This document shows positions 50,333 through 58,937 of a stretch of 64,000 nt of DNA, piece after piece; position 1 is the stretch's first letter; each line of letters begins with the position of its first letter. The notes below the pieces were generated by a model. It ran no database searches. It was given only the letters and a program-made list of their open reading frames with translations, and had not been told where the DNA came from. The position numbers and the translations under genes are program-made. The stretch is taken from assembly GCA_001792345.1 (NCBI GenBank), contig MGGJ01000013.1:21371-85370 (forward strand). Direction: 5' to 3'. The stretch comes from Candidatus Woesebacteria bacterium RIFCSPHIGHO2_01_FULL_39_32. Lineage in GTDB: Bacteria > Patescibacteriota > Microgenomatia > UBA8517.

Positions 50333-50917
50333 TTATTTTGCTCTCTCAACGTACTCTCCGGTCCTTGTATCAACAACGATTTTATCCCCTTTGTTTATAA
50401 AAAGTGGAACTTTGACCGAAAGAGCGTTTTCCAGAGTGGCCGGTTTATACATATTTGTGGCAGAGTTTCCTTTTATGCCAGGAGACGTATCGGCTATTAA
50501 TAAGGTAGCTTTTGGAGGAATTTCTATAGATAGAGGTCTATCTTCTTTACCTTGAGCTCCGCCGAAGGACCAAAAAAGTACGTTAGCATCGTTTCCTTCT
50601 TTAATGTAGGGTAATTCATCTTTAATAATTGTAAGTGGGATTTCCACTTGCTCGTAAGTTTTGGGGTCCATAAATACGGCATTTTGCTGCATCTTATAAA
50701 GAAACTGCAGTTTCCTTTTTGATGTTAAAACATCGTCAACTTTGACGTTAGAGCTGAAAGTCTTATCCTCAATAGCCCCTGTGACTAAATCCTTTGCAGT
50801 AACGCGAACAGTAGCACCACCCCTGCCCATTTTTGTATGGGTATACTTAATCACTCGATAAGGCTTCCCATTTGAGAGAAATGTTGTTCCGTTTTTTAAA
50901 TCAGTTGCCTGTATCAT
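50333..50917 (-). CDS. efp: elongation factor P (Arg at the modification-loop tip)
   Basis: KYTHTKMGRGGATVRV aligns with the E. coli VKPGKGQAFARV loop. Three OB domains. Confidence 0.9.
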   Translation of the reverse strand: MIQATDLKNGTTFLSNGKPYRVIKYTHTKMGRGGATVRVTAKDLVTGAIEDKTFSSNVKVDDVLTSKRKLQFLYKMQQNAVFMDPKTYEQVEIPLTIIKDELPYIKEGNDANVLFWSFGGAQGKEDRPLSIEIPPKATLLIADTSPGIKGNSATNMYKPATLENALSVKVPLFINKGDKIVVDTRTGEYVERAK

Positions 50918-50977
50918 TACTTATTCAAATTTTCTTTTGGAGCAAGCTCGCTTAGGCTCACTCTGAAATAGTTTTTG

Positions 50978-51994
50978 TTATTTAAGTGCATATCTTTCCG
51001 GGTATACCAATAAATTACTCATTGCTTCCGATAAAGGTAGTTTTGTTAAATGCTCGATCCAAAGATATTGGCCATTTGGGTTAATCTCAAAAAAAACATA
51101 TTTACCTTCAGGTGTAACGGCCATGTCAATTGCTCCAAACTGTAATTTAAAATGCTTGCATAAATTAAAACACTTCTTAATGATATCCTTTGGCAATTTA
51201 TATTCTTTATGTGGAATATCAAACGGATTCGCTTTTGTCCAATCAAGTTTTGCATTTTTATTCTCCTGTGAGTAAATAGCACAAGGAAATATCTGATTAC
51301 CGATAATTGTTATACGCAATTCCAATGATTTCTCAATTTTTTCCTGAACTAAAAAGGGATAATCAACTTCTCTTTTTTTGTAATATTCACGAAATTTATC
51401 AATACTAACTAAATAAGTTTGGAAAGTAATACTTTTTTTACCGTAAGTTACTTCAGGTTTACCAAGAACCTTAATAATCATTTGTCCGTCATGATCGGAG
51501 CAAAATTTTTCTATTTCATCATAACGTGTCGATACCAGTGTATCCGGTATTGAGAGTCCGATATTAAAAGCTTTATCTAACTGTAATATTTTATATTTTG
51601 CTTTATTCAAAGCATTATATGGACTAACAACAAAAATACCATTTTCTTCTGCTTTTATAAGAAGTGTATTACAAACCTGTCTAAATTCGTCAATTTTATA
51701 GCGTTCTGACAAAGCCTGTTGTACTTTCAGCTCATTATTAATCATATCGTAACCAAAATACGGTTTCCGAAACCATACTGACCTTATATCGGATAGGGAT
51801 ATTTCTAATTCTTTATCAAATATTGAATAATGACTTGTTTTATTAATTTTTGAAAATCTGATATCTGGAGATTTGATCAAGTTGTTCGTTTCCAGTTTAT
51901 AAAACGGTATACTCCATGCCCTTAGATACTTAACGACTTTATCTACATGGGGGTCAGGTTTACTGGAAACAATAAGTACAAATCCCTTCGCCAT
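50978..51994 (-). CDS. ATP-grasp ribosomal-peptide maturase (MdnC/MvdD graspetide macrocyclase family)
   Basis: SVWFRKP (VWYRRP), ELRITIIGNQIF, KLDWTKA (DWR) and FGAIDMAVTPEGKYVFFEINPNGQYLWIE, all collinear with MdnC. Confidence 0.8.
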   Translation of the reverse strand: MAKGFVLIVSSKPDPHVDKVVKYLRAWSIPFYKLETNNLIKSPDIRFSKINKTSHYSIFDKELEISLSDIRSVWFRKPYFGYDMINNELKVQQALSERYKIDEFRQVCNTLLIKAEENGIFVVSPYNALNKAKYKILQLDKAFNIGLSIPDTLVSTRYDEIEKFCSDHDGQMIIKVLGKPEVTYGKKSITFQTYLVSIDKFREYYKKREVDYPFLVQEKIEKSLELRITIIGNQIFPCAIYSQENKNAKLDWTKANPFDIPHKEYKLPKDIIKKCFNLCKHFKLQFGAIDMAVTPEGKYVFFEINPNGQYLWIEHLTKLPLSEAMSNLLVYPERYALK

Positions 51995-52031
51995 ACTTAT
52001 ACTATAACATTTGAAAAATTACCAAAGAAGT

Positions 52032-52319
52032 TTAATCTGGATCTGTAGTCTGAATATCATAAGAGCCACCCTTTGGAGTATACAAACTTGTGAGATAGCG
52101 CGTAGCTCCTTCCATAGATTGAATATTAGTTAGAGTGGAAGGATCGGGTTTATCAGATCGGGACTCTTGAAAGACAATGGGCTCAGGAGGAGTAATAGTT
52201 TCAATAAAGGGGATAGATTCAGAAGATACAGAAGTTCCCACAGGAGAAGAGGGGTGGACTTCTTGTTCTAAATCAACTAGGATGGGTATTTGTCGTCTAT
52301 TATCTATTTCAGTACTCAT
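52032..52319 (-). CDS. candidate graspetide precursor peptide
   Basis: 95-aa ORF directly upstream of the ATP-grasp gene on the same strand. Pro/acidic leader (IPFIETITPPEP). C-terminal T/S/K/D/E-rich core TSLYTPKGGSYDIQTTDPD. Confidence 0.4.
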   Translation of the reverse strand: MSTEIDNRRQIPILVDLEQEVHPSSPVGTSVSSESIPFIETITPPEPIVFQESRSDKPDPSTLTNIQSMEGATRYLTSLYTPKGGSYDIQTTDPD

Positions 52320-52425
52320 ATATAATTATCTATATTTAATAGCTATAACTTATTAGTTGACGAGTATTGTAATTTAATCCAAAACAATAATCAAGAATCT
52401 ATCAAATAAAGACTAAGAGTCTTAT

Positions 52426-53538
52426 TTACAATTTTACTAACCATTTTCCGTTTCTCTGAACAAGCTTGTCATCGAACCATAATTCTCCACCCCGCCGAAG
52501 ATCCTTAATCATATCCCAGTGAAGTGCTGATACGTTTTTACTACCCGTTTCCTTGTATCCCGATCCTAGTGCTATATGGATACTTCCACCGATTTTCTCA
52601 TCAAATAAAATATCTTTCGTAAAGCGACTTATGGCGAAATTGTTTCCAATCCCTAGTTCCCCGACAAATCTTCCGCCGCGGTCTACATCCAAAATTTTAT
52701 TGAGGGCTTCTTCATTCTTTTCAGCGCTTGCCTTGACAACTTTCCCGTCTTTAAATTCGAGTCTGACGTTATGGAATTCTTTACCGAGGTAAAGAGCTGG
52801 ATACGTATAGGCTATAAATCCATTCGCGGAATTTTCAACCGCTGAAGTAAATACTTCCCCGTCCGGCATATTAAACCTTCCGTCGCCATTTTCTGAACTT
52901 CTACCCTTTTTAGATATTCTTAAATCGGTTTCAGGACCTAGTATATGCATCTCATTTGTCACATCGATAATTTTCCTCAATTTCTCCTGCTCTTTATGTT
53001 TTGCCTCCCAATCAACTTCATTGATGGCGGGAAATACAAAATCTTCATAATCGCTTAAAGACATATCGGCTTCCTGCGCTTGTGCTTCTGTCGGAAACTT
53101 TGTAATAACCCAACGGGTTTTCAGAACGCGATAATCAATTAACGGCCTAACAACTTTTGATCTTGAAGAGATTTTTGCCGCATCAATGTTTGAGAAACCT
53201 CGGGTATTAGCTTGAGCATATAATCTAATCCAAACATCAAGTCCTTTTAATTCCTGATCTGCTAATTTCGGAAATGCTTTAATTTGTTCCGGTTTTGCGT
53301 ATTTAAAATAGCTTTCAGCAAACTCATTGTAAGATCGACTTATCACCTGCTCATCAACATCAACGTGAACTCTTACTTCAGATGCACCTGCCTTAATTAG
53401 TTCTTTATAAACTTCTAAAGCTAAGGGTTTAGCTAACCAATCCGATACAATTAATGCTCTATCGCCCTTTTTGACTTTTGTAGAGTATTTCACCAAAATC
53501 TTGGCCTGTTTTGTAACTCGTGGATCAATTAGAGACAT
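52426..53538 (-). CDS. M29-family aminopeptidase (AmpS/PepS-like)
   Basis: C-terminal IHIALGSGYKETGSKNVSALHWDMIKDL. 370 aa. Confidence 0.65.
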   Translation of the reverse strand: MSLIDPRVTKQAKILVKYSTKVKKGDRALIVSDWLAKPLALEVYKELIKAGASEVRVHVDVDEQVISRSYNEFAESYFKYAKPEQIKAFPKLADQELKGLDVWIRLYAQANTRGFSNIDAAKISSRSKVVRPLIDYRVLKTRWVITKFPTEAQAQEADMSLSDYEDFVFPAINEVDWEAKHKEQEKLRKIIDVTNEMHILGPETDLRISKKGRSSENGDGRFNMPDGEVFTSAVENSANGFIAYTYPALYLGKEFHNVRLEFKDGKVVKASAEKNEEALNKILDVDRGGRFVGELGIGNNFAISRFTKDILFDEKIGGSIHIALGSGYKETGSKNVSALHWDMIKDLRRGGELWFDDKLVQRNGKWLVKL

Positions 53539-53604
53539 GTCTTTTGGGTATTTTAGCGTTAGCTTGGTTTTTATTCAAGGAGTTTGATAAAATACGAGTG
53601 TTAA

Positions 53605-53650
53605 GCCGAGGTGGCGGAATGGCAGACGCGCAGGTCTCGTGCGAGCGTAA
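53605..53650 (+). pseudogene. 5' remnant of a Leu-type tRNA (acceptor, D-arm and anticodon-stem 5' strand only)
   Basis: GCCGAGGTGGCGGAATGGCAGACGCGCAGGTCTC parallels the tRNA-Leu 5' half. No matching 3' anticodon-stem strand or T-arm follows. Confidence 0.4.
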
Positions 53651-53704
53651 TTAAAAGCGAGCAAAAGCGTTAGCGACAAAACCTTTATTGCGAAGCAAGA
53701 ATTT

Positions 53705-53789
53705 GGCCAGGTGCTGGAATGGTAGACAGGCTGGTCTCAAAAACCAGTGGTCATAACAGACCGTGTGGGTTCGACTCCCACCCTGGCCA
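53705..53789 (+). tRNA. tRNA-Leu(CAA)
   Basis: Hand-folded: acceptor GGCCAGG/CCTGGCC, anticodon stem CTGGT/ACCAG, loop CTCAAAA, 17-nt variable arm, T-arm GTGGG-TTCGACT-CCCAC, discriminator A73. No encoded CCA. Confidence 0.85.
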
Positions 53790-53834
53790 CTTTAATACCT
53801 TGTTCGGGAGAGTAACCAATTTGGTTACAAATTG

Positions 53835-53853
53835 TCGACTCCCTCCCTCGGCA
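53835..53853 (+). pseudogene. 3' remnant of a Leu-type tRNA (T-loop, T-stem 3' strand, acceptor 3' strand)
   Basis: tcgactccctcCCTCGGCa then actttatatc. The acceptor CCTCGGC complements the GCCGAGG of the 5' remnant at 53605. The flank mirrors the tRNA-Leu 3' flank actttaatacc. Confidence 0.4.
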
Positions 53854-53861
53854 CTTTATAT

Positions 53862-54737
53862 CTATCTGTAATCAGGTCTATTTACGTCGCTTAACTCAAT
53901 TTGCGCCGAAAATCTTGTTTTTAAATTAAAAACCAGTCTATCTAAAATATGCCTTCTTAAATTTTTCGAGGTCGTAAATCTTCGAGCAGAAGGGTATACA
54001 ATTGCGTCTGGTACAAACTTAATTTCACCTTCGCTTTTAAGTTTCAGCATTATTTCTAAGTCCTCACTTGAGTAACGGCTTTCGTAACCACCCACCCTCA
54101 AAGCTGCTTCTCTAGAATAAGCAGAATTATTTCCTATGGAAAGAATAATTCCTTTTCTTAATCTCTTGTAATCATGGACCTTATCTCCGATTATTTGAAA
54201 TAAATACAACAAAACTCTATCTAAAGGGTCAATTTCCCCCTCAAAACGATCGTAAACCCTCCCATATGAACCGACTACCCCAGCTTGGGATAAGGCGCCA
54301 ATATGAAAACCAACCATTTCTGGATCTACTATCACATCTGCGTCAGTAGTTACTACATGCTTAACTCTTTTATCTAGCGATAACAAGCCCTTCTGCCTTG
54401 CTCGCCCAATACCCTTCTCGGACTCAAAAATTACTCTCGCGCCAAAAGCTTCTGCGATTTGAGAGGTCGCATCGGTGGAACCGTTATCAACTAATAGAAC
54501 TTGAGTAGGTATATCAGGAATTCTTGCCAATGCTTCATTAACTGATGCTAGACAAAGAGGAAGCCTTCTTTCTTCATTCAAAGCCGGTATAACAATTGCA
54601 GCAACCCACTCTCTGGATCCCGCCATTTCGCGTATATATTGCGAGTTGGCCTCTATTAATTTTAGAGTTTTATGCCCCGACAAATCGTTGGGATCAAACT
54701 CAGTAGGATTAAAAGGAAGAGGTATCTCCTTCATCAT
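53862..54737 (-). CDS. family-2 glycosyltransferase
   Basis: VIPALNEE, LLVDNGSTDAT, TDADV (DxD). Confidence 0.8.
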   Translation of the reverse strand: MMKEIPLPFNPTEFDPNDLSGHKTLKLIEANSQYIREMAGSREWVAAIVIPALNEERRLPLCLASVNEALARIPDIPTQVLLVDNGSTDATSQIAEAFGARVIFESEKGIGRARQKGLLSLDKRVKHVVTTDADVIVDPEMVGFHIGALSQAGVVGSYGRVYDRFEGEIDPLDRVLLYLFQIIGDKVHDYKRLRKGIILSIGNNSAYSREAALRVGGYESRYSSEDLEIMLKLKSEGEIKFVPDAIVYPSARRFTTSKNLRRHILDRLVFNLKTRFSAQIELSDVNRPDYR

Positions 54738-54848
54738 ATGATGTATTATAGGATTATCTACCTAATTCGTCTAGTAATTCTGAATTGTAGACAACCTATT
54801 CGTTGATCATCAGTAAAAGAACTTACTTTTACAGAATCTTGTATTCGC

Positions 54849-56177
54849 TCAGTCACTTCGCTTAGTTTCTCTTCCGAAGAACTTCATCTTATCCCCTTTG
54901 AAAACCATTTTTAGGCTTCTTAACGGGCCATTTCGGTGTTTCGCAATATCAAGATTTAGATTCTCGGGATTTTCTTCGTTTTCCTTCCACAAAAATATTA
55001 CAACATCAGCGTCCTGCTCGATACTTCCACTCTCACGAAGATCGGCAAGTTGGGGACGTTTTTCCCCCCTTTGTTCAACAGCTCGGGAAAGTTGCGAGAT
55101 AGCCAGAACGGGAATTTTGAGTTCTCTCGCCAAATTCTTAAGTCCTTGGGATATTTCAGAAACTTCCTGAACCCTATTTTCAAGCCTTCTAGATAAAGCT
55201 AGTTGCAAATAATCAATAATTATTAAATCTACACCAGACTCAACCTGTAAACGACGCGCTTTCGTTCTCATCTCCAAAATGCTCTGTGCCGGCGTATCAT
55301 CGATAAAAATTGGTGCTTCTGCCAGTTCCCCCATTGCATTAGAGAGTTTTGTAAAATCGTCTTCAGAAAGCTTGCCAGTTTTTAACTTCCATGCATCAAT
55401 ATCCGCTTGCACAACCAATAACCTATCCACCAATTCTTCCCTACTCATTTCCAGTGAGAAAAAGCCAACGGGCTGTTTATATTTTACGGCAAGATTCTGA
55501 GCGATATTTAAAGCTAGGGTTGTTTTTCCTATTCCCGGTCGAGCAGCCAAAATAATTAAGTTTGATTTCTGAAGTCCTGCCAAAGTATCATCAAGATCTT
55601 TAAAACCAGTAGGAACACCCCGTAACCCTTCTGCTTGTTTATGAAGCTCATCAAGTCTGTCAAAGCTTTGTGCCAAAGCGTCGCGTACAGGAGTAAAGGC
55701 GTGTTTAATGTGCTTTTGAGTAATTGCAAAGACTTGAGCCTCTGCTTTATCCAGTAGTTCATCTGCTGCCAAACCTTCATCCATTGATAACTCAACGAGT
55801 GTACTTGCAGCTTTCATTAGGGAGCGTTTAGTTGCAGCGTCTTTAACTATCTTACCGTAATGTTCAACGTGCGCTGCTGTCGGAACTTGATTAGCCAAAC
55901 CAACAAGATAACTCACGCCACCTATTTTTTTGAGGATTTTTCTTTTTTTGAGGCGCTCAGAAATTGTTAATACATCAATCGGAGTTCTTTCCTCATAAAG
56001 CTCGAGTGCTGCTAGATAAATCTCTCTATGCCTGTCGTCATAAAAGTCATCGGGTTTTAAAAACTCAGCAATAGCAATAATTGCATCTTTGTCCAATAAA
56101 AGTGCGCCAAGAACTGACCCCTCGGCCTCAGGAGAATGTGGAGGAATACGTACTTGTAGTTGATCCGTAAATGCCAT
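54849..56177 (-). CDS. dnaB: replicative DNA helicase DnaB
   Basis: ARPGIGKTTLALNIA and the RecA-like H1-H4 motifs. 442 aa. Confidence 0.9.
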   Translation of the reverse strand: MAFTDQLQVRIPPHSPEAEGSVLGALLLDKDAIIAIAEFLKPDDFYDDRHREIYLAALELYEERTPIDVLTISERLKKRKILKKIGGVSYLVGLANQVPTAAHVEHYGKIVKDAATKRSLMKAASTLVELSMDEGLAADELLDKAEAQVFAITQKHIKHAFTPVRDALAQSFDRLDELHKQAEGLRGVPTGFKDLDDTLAGLQKSNLIILAARPGIGKTTLALNIAQNLAVKYKQPVGFFSLEMSREELVDRLLVVQADIDAWKLKTGKLSEDDFTKLSNAMGELAEAPIFIDDTPAQSILEMRTKARRLQVESGVDLIIIDYLQLALSRRLENRVQEVSEISQGLKNLARELKIPVLAISQLSRAVEQRGEKRPQLADLRESGSIEQDADVVIFLWKENEENPENLNLDIAKHRNGPLRSLKMVFKGDKMKFFGRETKRSD

Positions 56178-56219
56178 TGAGCCTTTTTACCATCAAAAGA
56201 AGTAGCTGTAAAGTGCATA

Positions 56220-56864
56220 CTAGCGTCTTTCAAGTACAACAACTTTCTTCTCTTCGGTAATATCTCCCTTTTTGATAGAAAGCTTATCAAGATTCTCTGT
56301 TGGCAGCGCTACTTCCTTCAAGAAGTCATCAACTGCTGCCAAACTACCAAATGTAGATTGATCAAGTCCTGAAACCTTATAATGCATCGGAATTGTAATA
56401 GTAGGTTCAATGTTTCGAACGATATCTGAAGCCTCAGTTGGACCAATAGTATAAAATCCTCCTACAGGTACCATGAGTATGTCAACTGTCCCAATATCTT
56501 CAAGAACCTCCTCAGAAAGTTTGTGGCCCAAATCCCCCAAATGTACTACCCGCAAGTCATCTATCTCAAAGACATAGATTGTATTTGTACCCCGTTTGGC
56601 TCCTTTTTCTTCATCATGGAAGGACGGAATCCCTATAATCGAAACGCCCGAAATTTCATACTCCCCAGGTCCTGCAACAACTCTTTTTACGTTCGAAACC
56701 AGTTGTGACTGATTATGATCTTCGTGATTATGAGATATTGTCACAATATCTGCCTCAACTTTGGGAAACTTGAAACCTACGTAGGGTGCATAAGGATCCG
56801 TGACAACTGAAGCTCTCCTTCCTTTCATTCTAAAGGAAGCGTGTCCAAGGTAACTGATATCCAT
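56220..56864 (-). CDS. MBL-fold metallo-hydrolase
   Basis: TISHNHEDHN (HxHxDH). Confidence 0.75.
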   Translation of the reverse strand: MDISYLGHASFRMKGRRASVVTDPYAPYVGFKFPKVEADIVTISHNHEDHNQSQLVSNVKRVVAGPGEYEISGVSIIGIPSFHDEEKGAKRGTNTIYVFEIDDLRVVHLGDLGHKLSEEVLEDIGTVDILMVPVGGFYTIGPTEASDIVRNIEPTITIPMHYKVSGLDQSTFGSLAAVDDFLKEVALPTENLDKLSIKKGDITEEKKVVVLERR

Positions 56865-56946
56865 CGCGTCTCATACTAACAAACTCGTCCTTTCTTGACA
56901 AGAGTCTTAATCTTAACTATATTAACCCTGTCTTAGGAAAGTTTTC

Positions 56947-57972
56947 TTGCCAGCCTTAATGCGAAAAGAGATTCTTATTGCAATTGTCGTGGGAGTGGGA
57001 GTTGGTATTGCCGTTGCCTTCGGAATTTGGAGAGCAAATAGCGCCCTTAAAACTAACTTACCCGAATTACCTTCGCTTTTACAAAAACAGAGCCCAACTG
57101 AAGTCCCTTCCGAATTTAAGATAACCCTTTCGCAACCCGAACAAAATGACGTAATTTCAGAAAGCCCAGTTACGGTCGCAGGCATTACAAAACCTGCCTC
57201 AACCATCGTAATTTTAGGCGAAACCGAGGATTATGTGCTTGAAACTGATAATCAAGGTTCCTTTAGCCAAGAAGTAGAACTAACGTCGGGAGTTAATCAA
57301 ATCTTAATAGCAGCATATGATGCGGCTAGCGAAAACACCCAAAGTAAGCTAACAATTGTTTACTCAAGTGAGTTCGCCAAAGACATCGTAACACCATCGG
57401 TTGTCTCGCCGACCAGTAAAGAAGATAATGCTATTCGAGAAAAGGTACAGGAAAAGCTTCAAGCGGCGCGTAATAACCCAAAGGCCTATATCGGCTCTGT
57501 AACAGACAAAACCCTAGATTCTCTACAAATAAAAGATGAAAGTGATGAAATTCAACTTGTATCGGTAGATCCCGAAAACGTAGCGTTTGCGAAAGTTTTA
57601 ACCAAGTCGACTTCCAAAATTTCTTTTAACGACATTGCGATTGGAGACTTCATAGTTGCTATGGGATTAAAAAACGGAAATAACGTTTTGACTGCAGTAA
57701 GAATCCTCGTGACAGAGCCCCTCGAAACACTTAACCGAAGGATAGTTCTTGGCGAGATAATCAACATAGCAAAAAAGGAGGTAACACTCCAAGAAAAAAA
57801 TGGCAGTGAAATAATATTACAATTTCCTAAAAGCTGGAAAGGGCCTGATCTGGATGAATTAGAAGAAGAAAATATACTTTTCGCTTTCGGAGAATTTGAG
57901 GGAAATGCCTTAAATATCCGAACAATTAAGGTAGCTGAAAAAGAGGTATCCCCCACTCCGGCTGAAGAGTAG
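56947..57972 (+). CDS. membrane-anchored/secreted hypothetical protein
   Basis: N-terminal TM helix then an extracellular beta-rich domain. Confidence 0.35.
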   Translation: MPALMRKEILIAIVVGVGVGIAVAFGIWRANSALKTNLPELPSLLQKQSPTEVPSEFKITLSQPEQNDVISESPVTVAGITKPASTIVILGETEDYVLETDNQGSFSQEVELTSGVNQILIAAYDAASENTQSKLTIVYSSEFAKDIVTPSVVSPTSKEDNAIREKVQEKLQAARNNPKAYIGSVTDKTLDSLQIKDESDEIQLVSVDPENVAFAKVLTKSTSKISFNDIAIGDFIVAMGLKNGNNVLTAVRILVTEPLETLNRRIVLGEIINIAKKEVTLQEKNGSEIILQFPKSWKGPDLDELEEENILFAFGEFEGNALNIRTIKVAEKEVSPTPAEE

Positions 57973-57981
57973 AATTACTAT

Positions 57982-58497
57982 ATGATCCGGATACTAACCC
58001 CCAATGATACCGAAATCTATCGCCAGCTTCGACTCCTATCTTTAAAAACCGATCCTTTGGCATTTTTATCAACCTATGATGTAGAAACTAAGTATGATCT
58101 ATCATACTTTCGGCAAAAGATTTTTAACTCGATAAAGCATCCGCTTTACGGAATATATGGATTATTTGATAAAGACAAATTAGTCGCTTTTGCCCAGCTT
58201 GCGGATTCTTATTATAAAAATAAAAGACACATTGCATATCTAAATGAGGTTTATGTACACACTGATCTTCGAAGGAAAGGTGTTGCATCAAAGCTTGTTA
58301 AATATTTAATAGACAAGGCAAAGGAAAATCTATCTCTTGAGCAACTTCATTTGAGGGTTAATTCAGAAAATTTAAGCGCAATATCGCTTTACGAAAAGTT
58401 GGGATTCGAAAAAGTTACAGTTCTAAAAGATGCTGTAAAAAATCCGGACAACACCTACCAAGACGAATATTTCTATTGTTTTTATATTAAGAGCTGA
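57982..58497 (+). CDS. GNAT-family N-acetyltransferase
   Basis: RRKGVASKLVKYLIDKAKE acetyl-CoA-binding motif. Confidence 0.8.
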   Translation: MIRILTPNDTEIYRQLRLLSLKTDPLAFLSTYDVETKYDLSYFRQKIFNSIKHPLYGIYGLFDKDKLVAFAQLADSYYKNKRHIAYLNEVYVHTDLRRKGVASKLVKYLIDKAKENLSLEQLHLRVNSENLSAISLYEKLGFEKVTVLKDAVKNPDNTYQDEYFYCFYIKS

Positions 58498-58658
58498 TCT
58501 CTCGACTTTGTTCGGAATCAATGGTGAGCAAGGTCGAACCATTGACAAGTTTTATCTATTAAAGTATTATACTTTCCAACATATGAATATTTTTTATTCG
58601 GTTCAAAATCATCACTCCAGCCGAGTCTAACTCGGTTGGTGGTTTATTTATTTGATTT

Positions 58659-58682
58659 ACCCACCTAACCGGTGGGTTTTTT
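58659..58682 (+). terminator. intrinsic terminator
   Basis: cccacc-taacc-ggtggg followed by a T6 tract. Confidence 0.6.
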
Positions 58683-58712
58683 AGTCCTTAAAAAATCTAG
58701 TTCGACTCGACA

Positions 58713-58734
58713 ACCCCGCAGCTGCGGGTTTTTT
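58713..58734 (+). terminator. intrinsic terminator (second, in tandem)
   Basis: aaccccgc-agct-gcgggtt followed by a T tract. Confidence 0.6.
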
Positions 58735-58745
58735 GATGGAAAGAT

Positions 58746-58819
58746 GGTGAGTGTAGTGTAGCGGAAACACGCCAGTTTGTGGAGCTGGAATCGGGGGTTC
58801 GACTCCCCTCACCTACCCA
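58746..58819 (+). tRNA. tRNA-His(GTG) with an encoded G-1
   Basis: Hand-folded: G-1, acceptor GTGAGTG/CACCTAC (one A-C mismatch), anticodon stem CCAGT/GCTGG, loop TTGTGGA, T-arm GGGGG-TTCGACT-CCCCT, discriminator C73 pairing with G-1. Confidence 0.6.
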
Positions 58820-58856
58820 AGGGTGAACTCAAATAATTTGAAAGGAGGTAAATGTC

Positions 58857-58937
58857 ATGAACCGTCAAGAGCGACGGTGGTTAATATATCATGGCCACTG
58901 GCTCCACACCCTACGGCGAGGGGACTACCAATTCTAA
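58857..58937 (+). CDS. SD-led 26-aa mini-ORF (MNRQERRWLIYHGHWLHTLRRGDYQF), candidate leader peptide
   Basis: aaaggaggt lies 7 nt upstream of the ATG and is the strongest SD in the window. Three His codons within six positions. Its stop sits inside the loop of a 9-bp hairpin (58915-58962). Confidence 0.35.
   Translation: MNRQERRWLIYHGHWLHTLRRGDYQF

Noticed and set aside
50978-51994. ATP-grasp enzyme as a novel EF-P Arg-modifying enzyme (because it abuts efp)
   Set aside because: Its motif set matches graspetide macrocyclases (MdnC/MvdD) point for point, and a precursor-like ORF lies upstream. The efp adjacency is probably incidental.
53605-53700. A second complete tRNA (Leu/Ser type) upstream of tRNA-Leu(CAA)
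   Set aside because: Acceptor, D-arm and anticodon-stem 5' strand are present, but no complementary 3' anticodon-stem strand or T-arm could be folded within the next 90 nt. Interpreted as a remnant.
57982-58497. GNAT acetyltransferase as the MdnD-like member of the graspetide cassette
   Set aside because: Six kb away, on the opposite strand, and separated by dnaB and other housekeeping genes.
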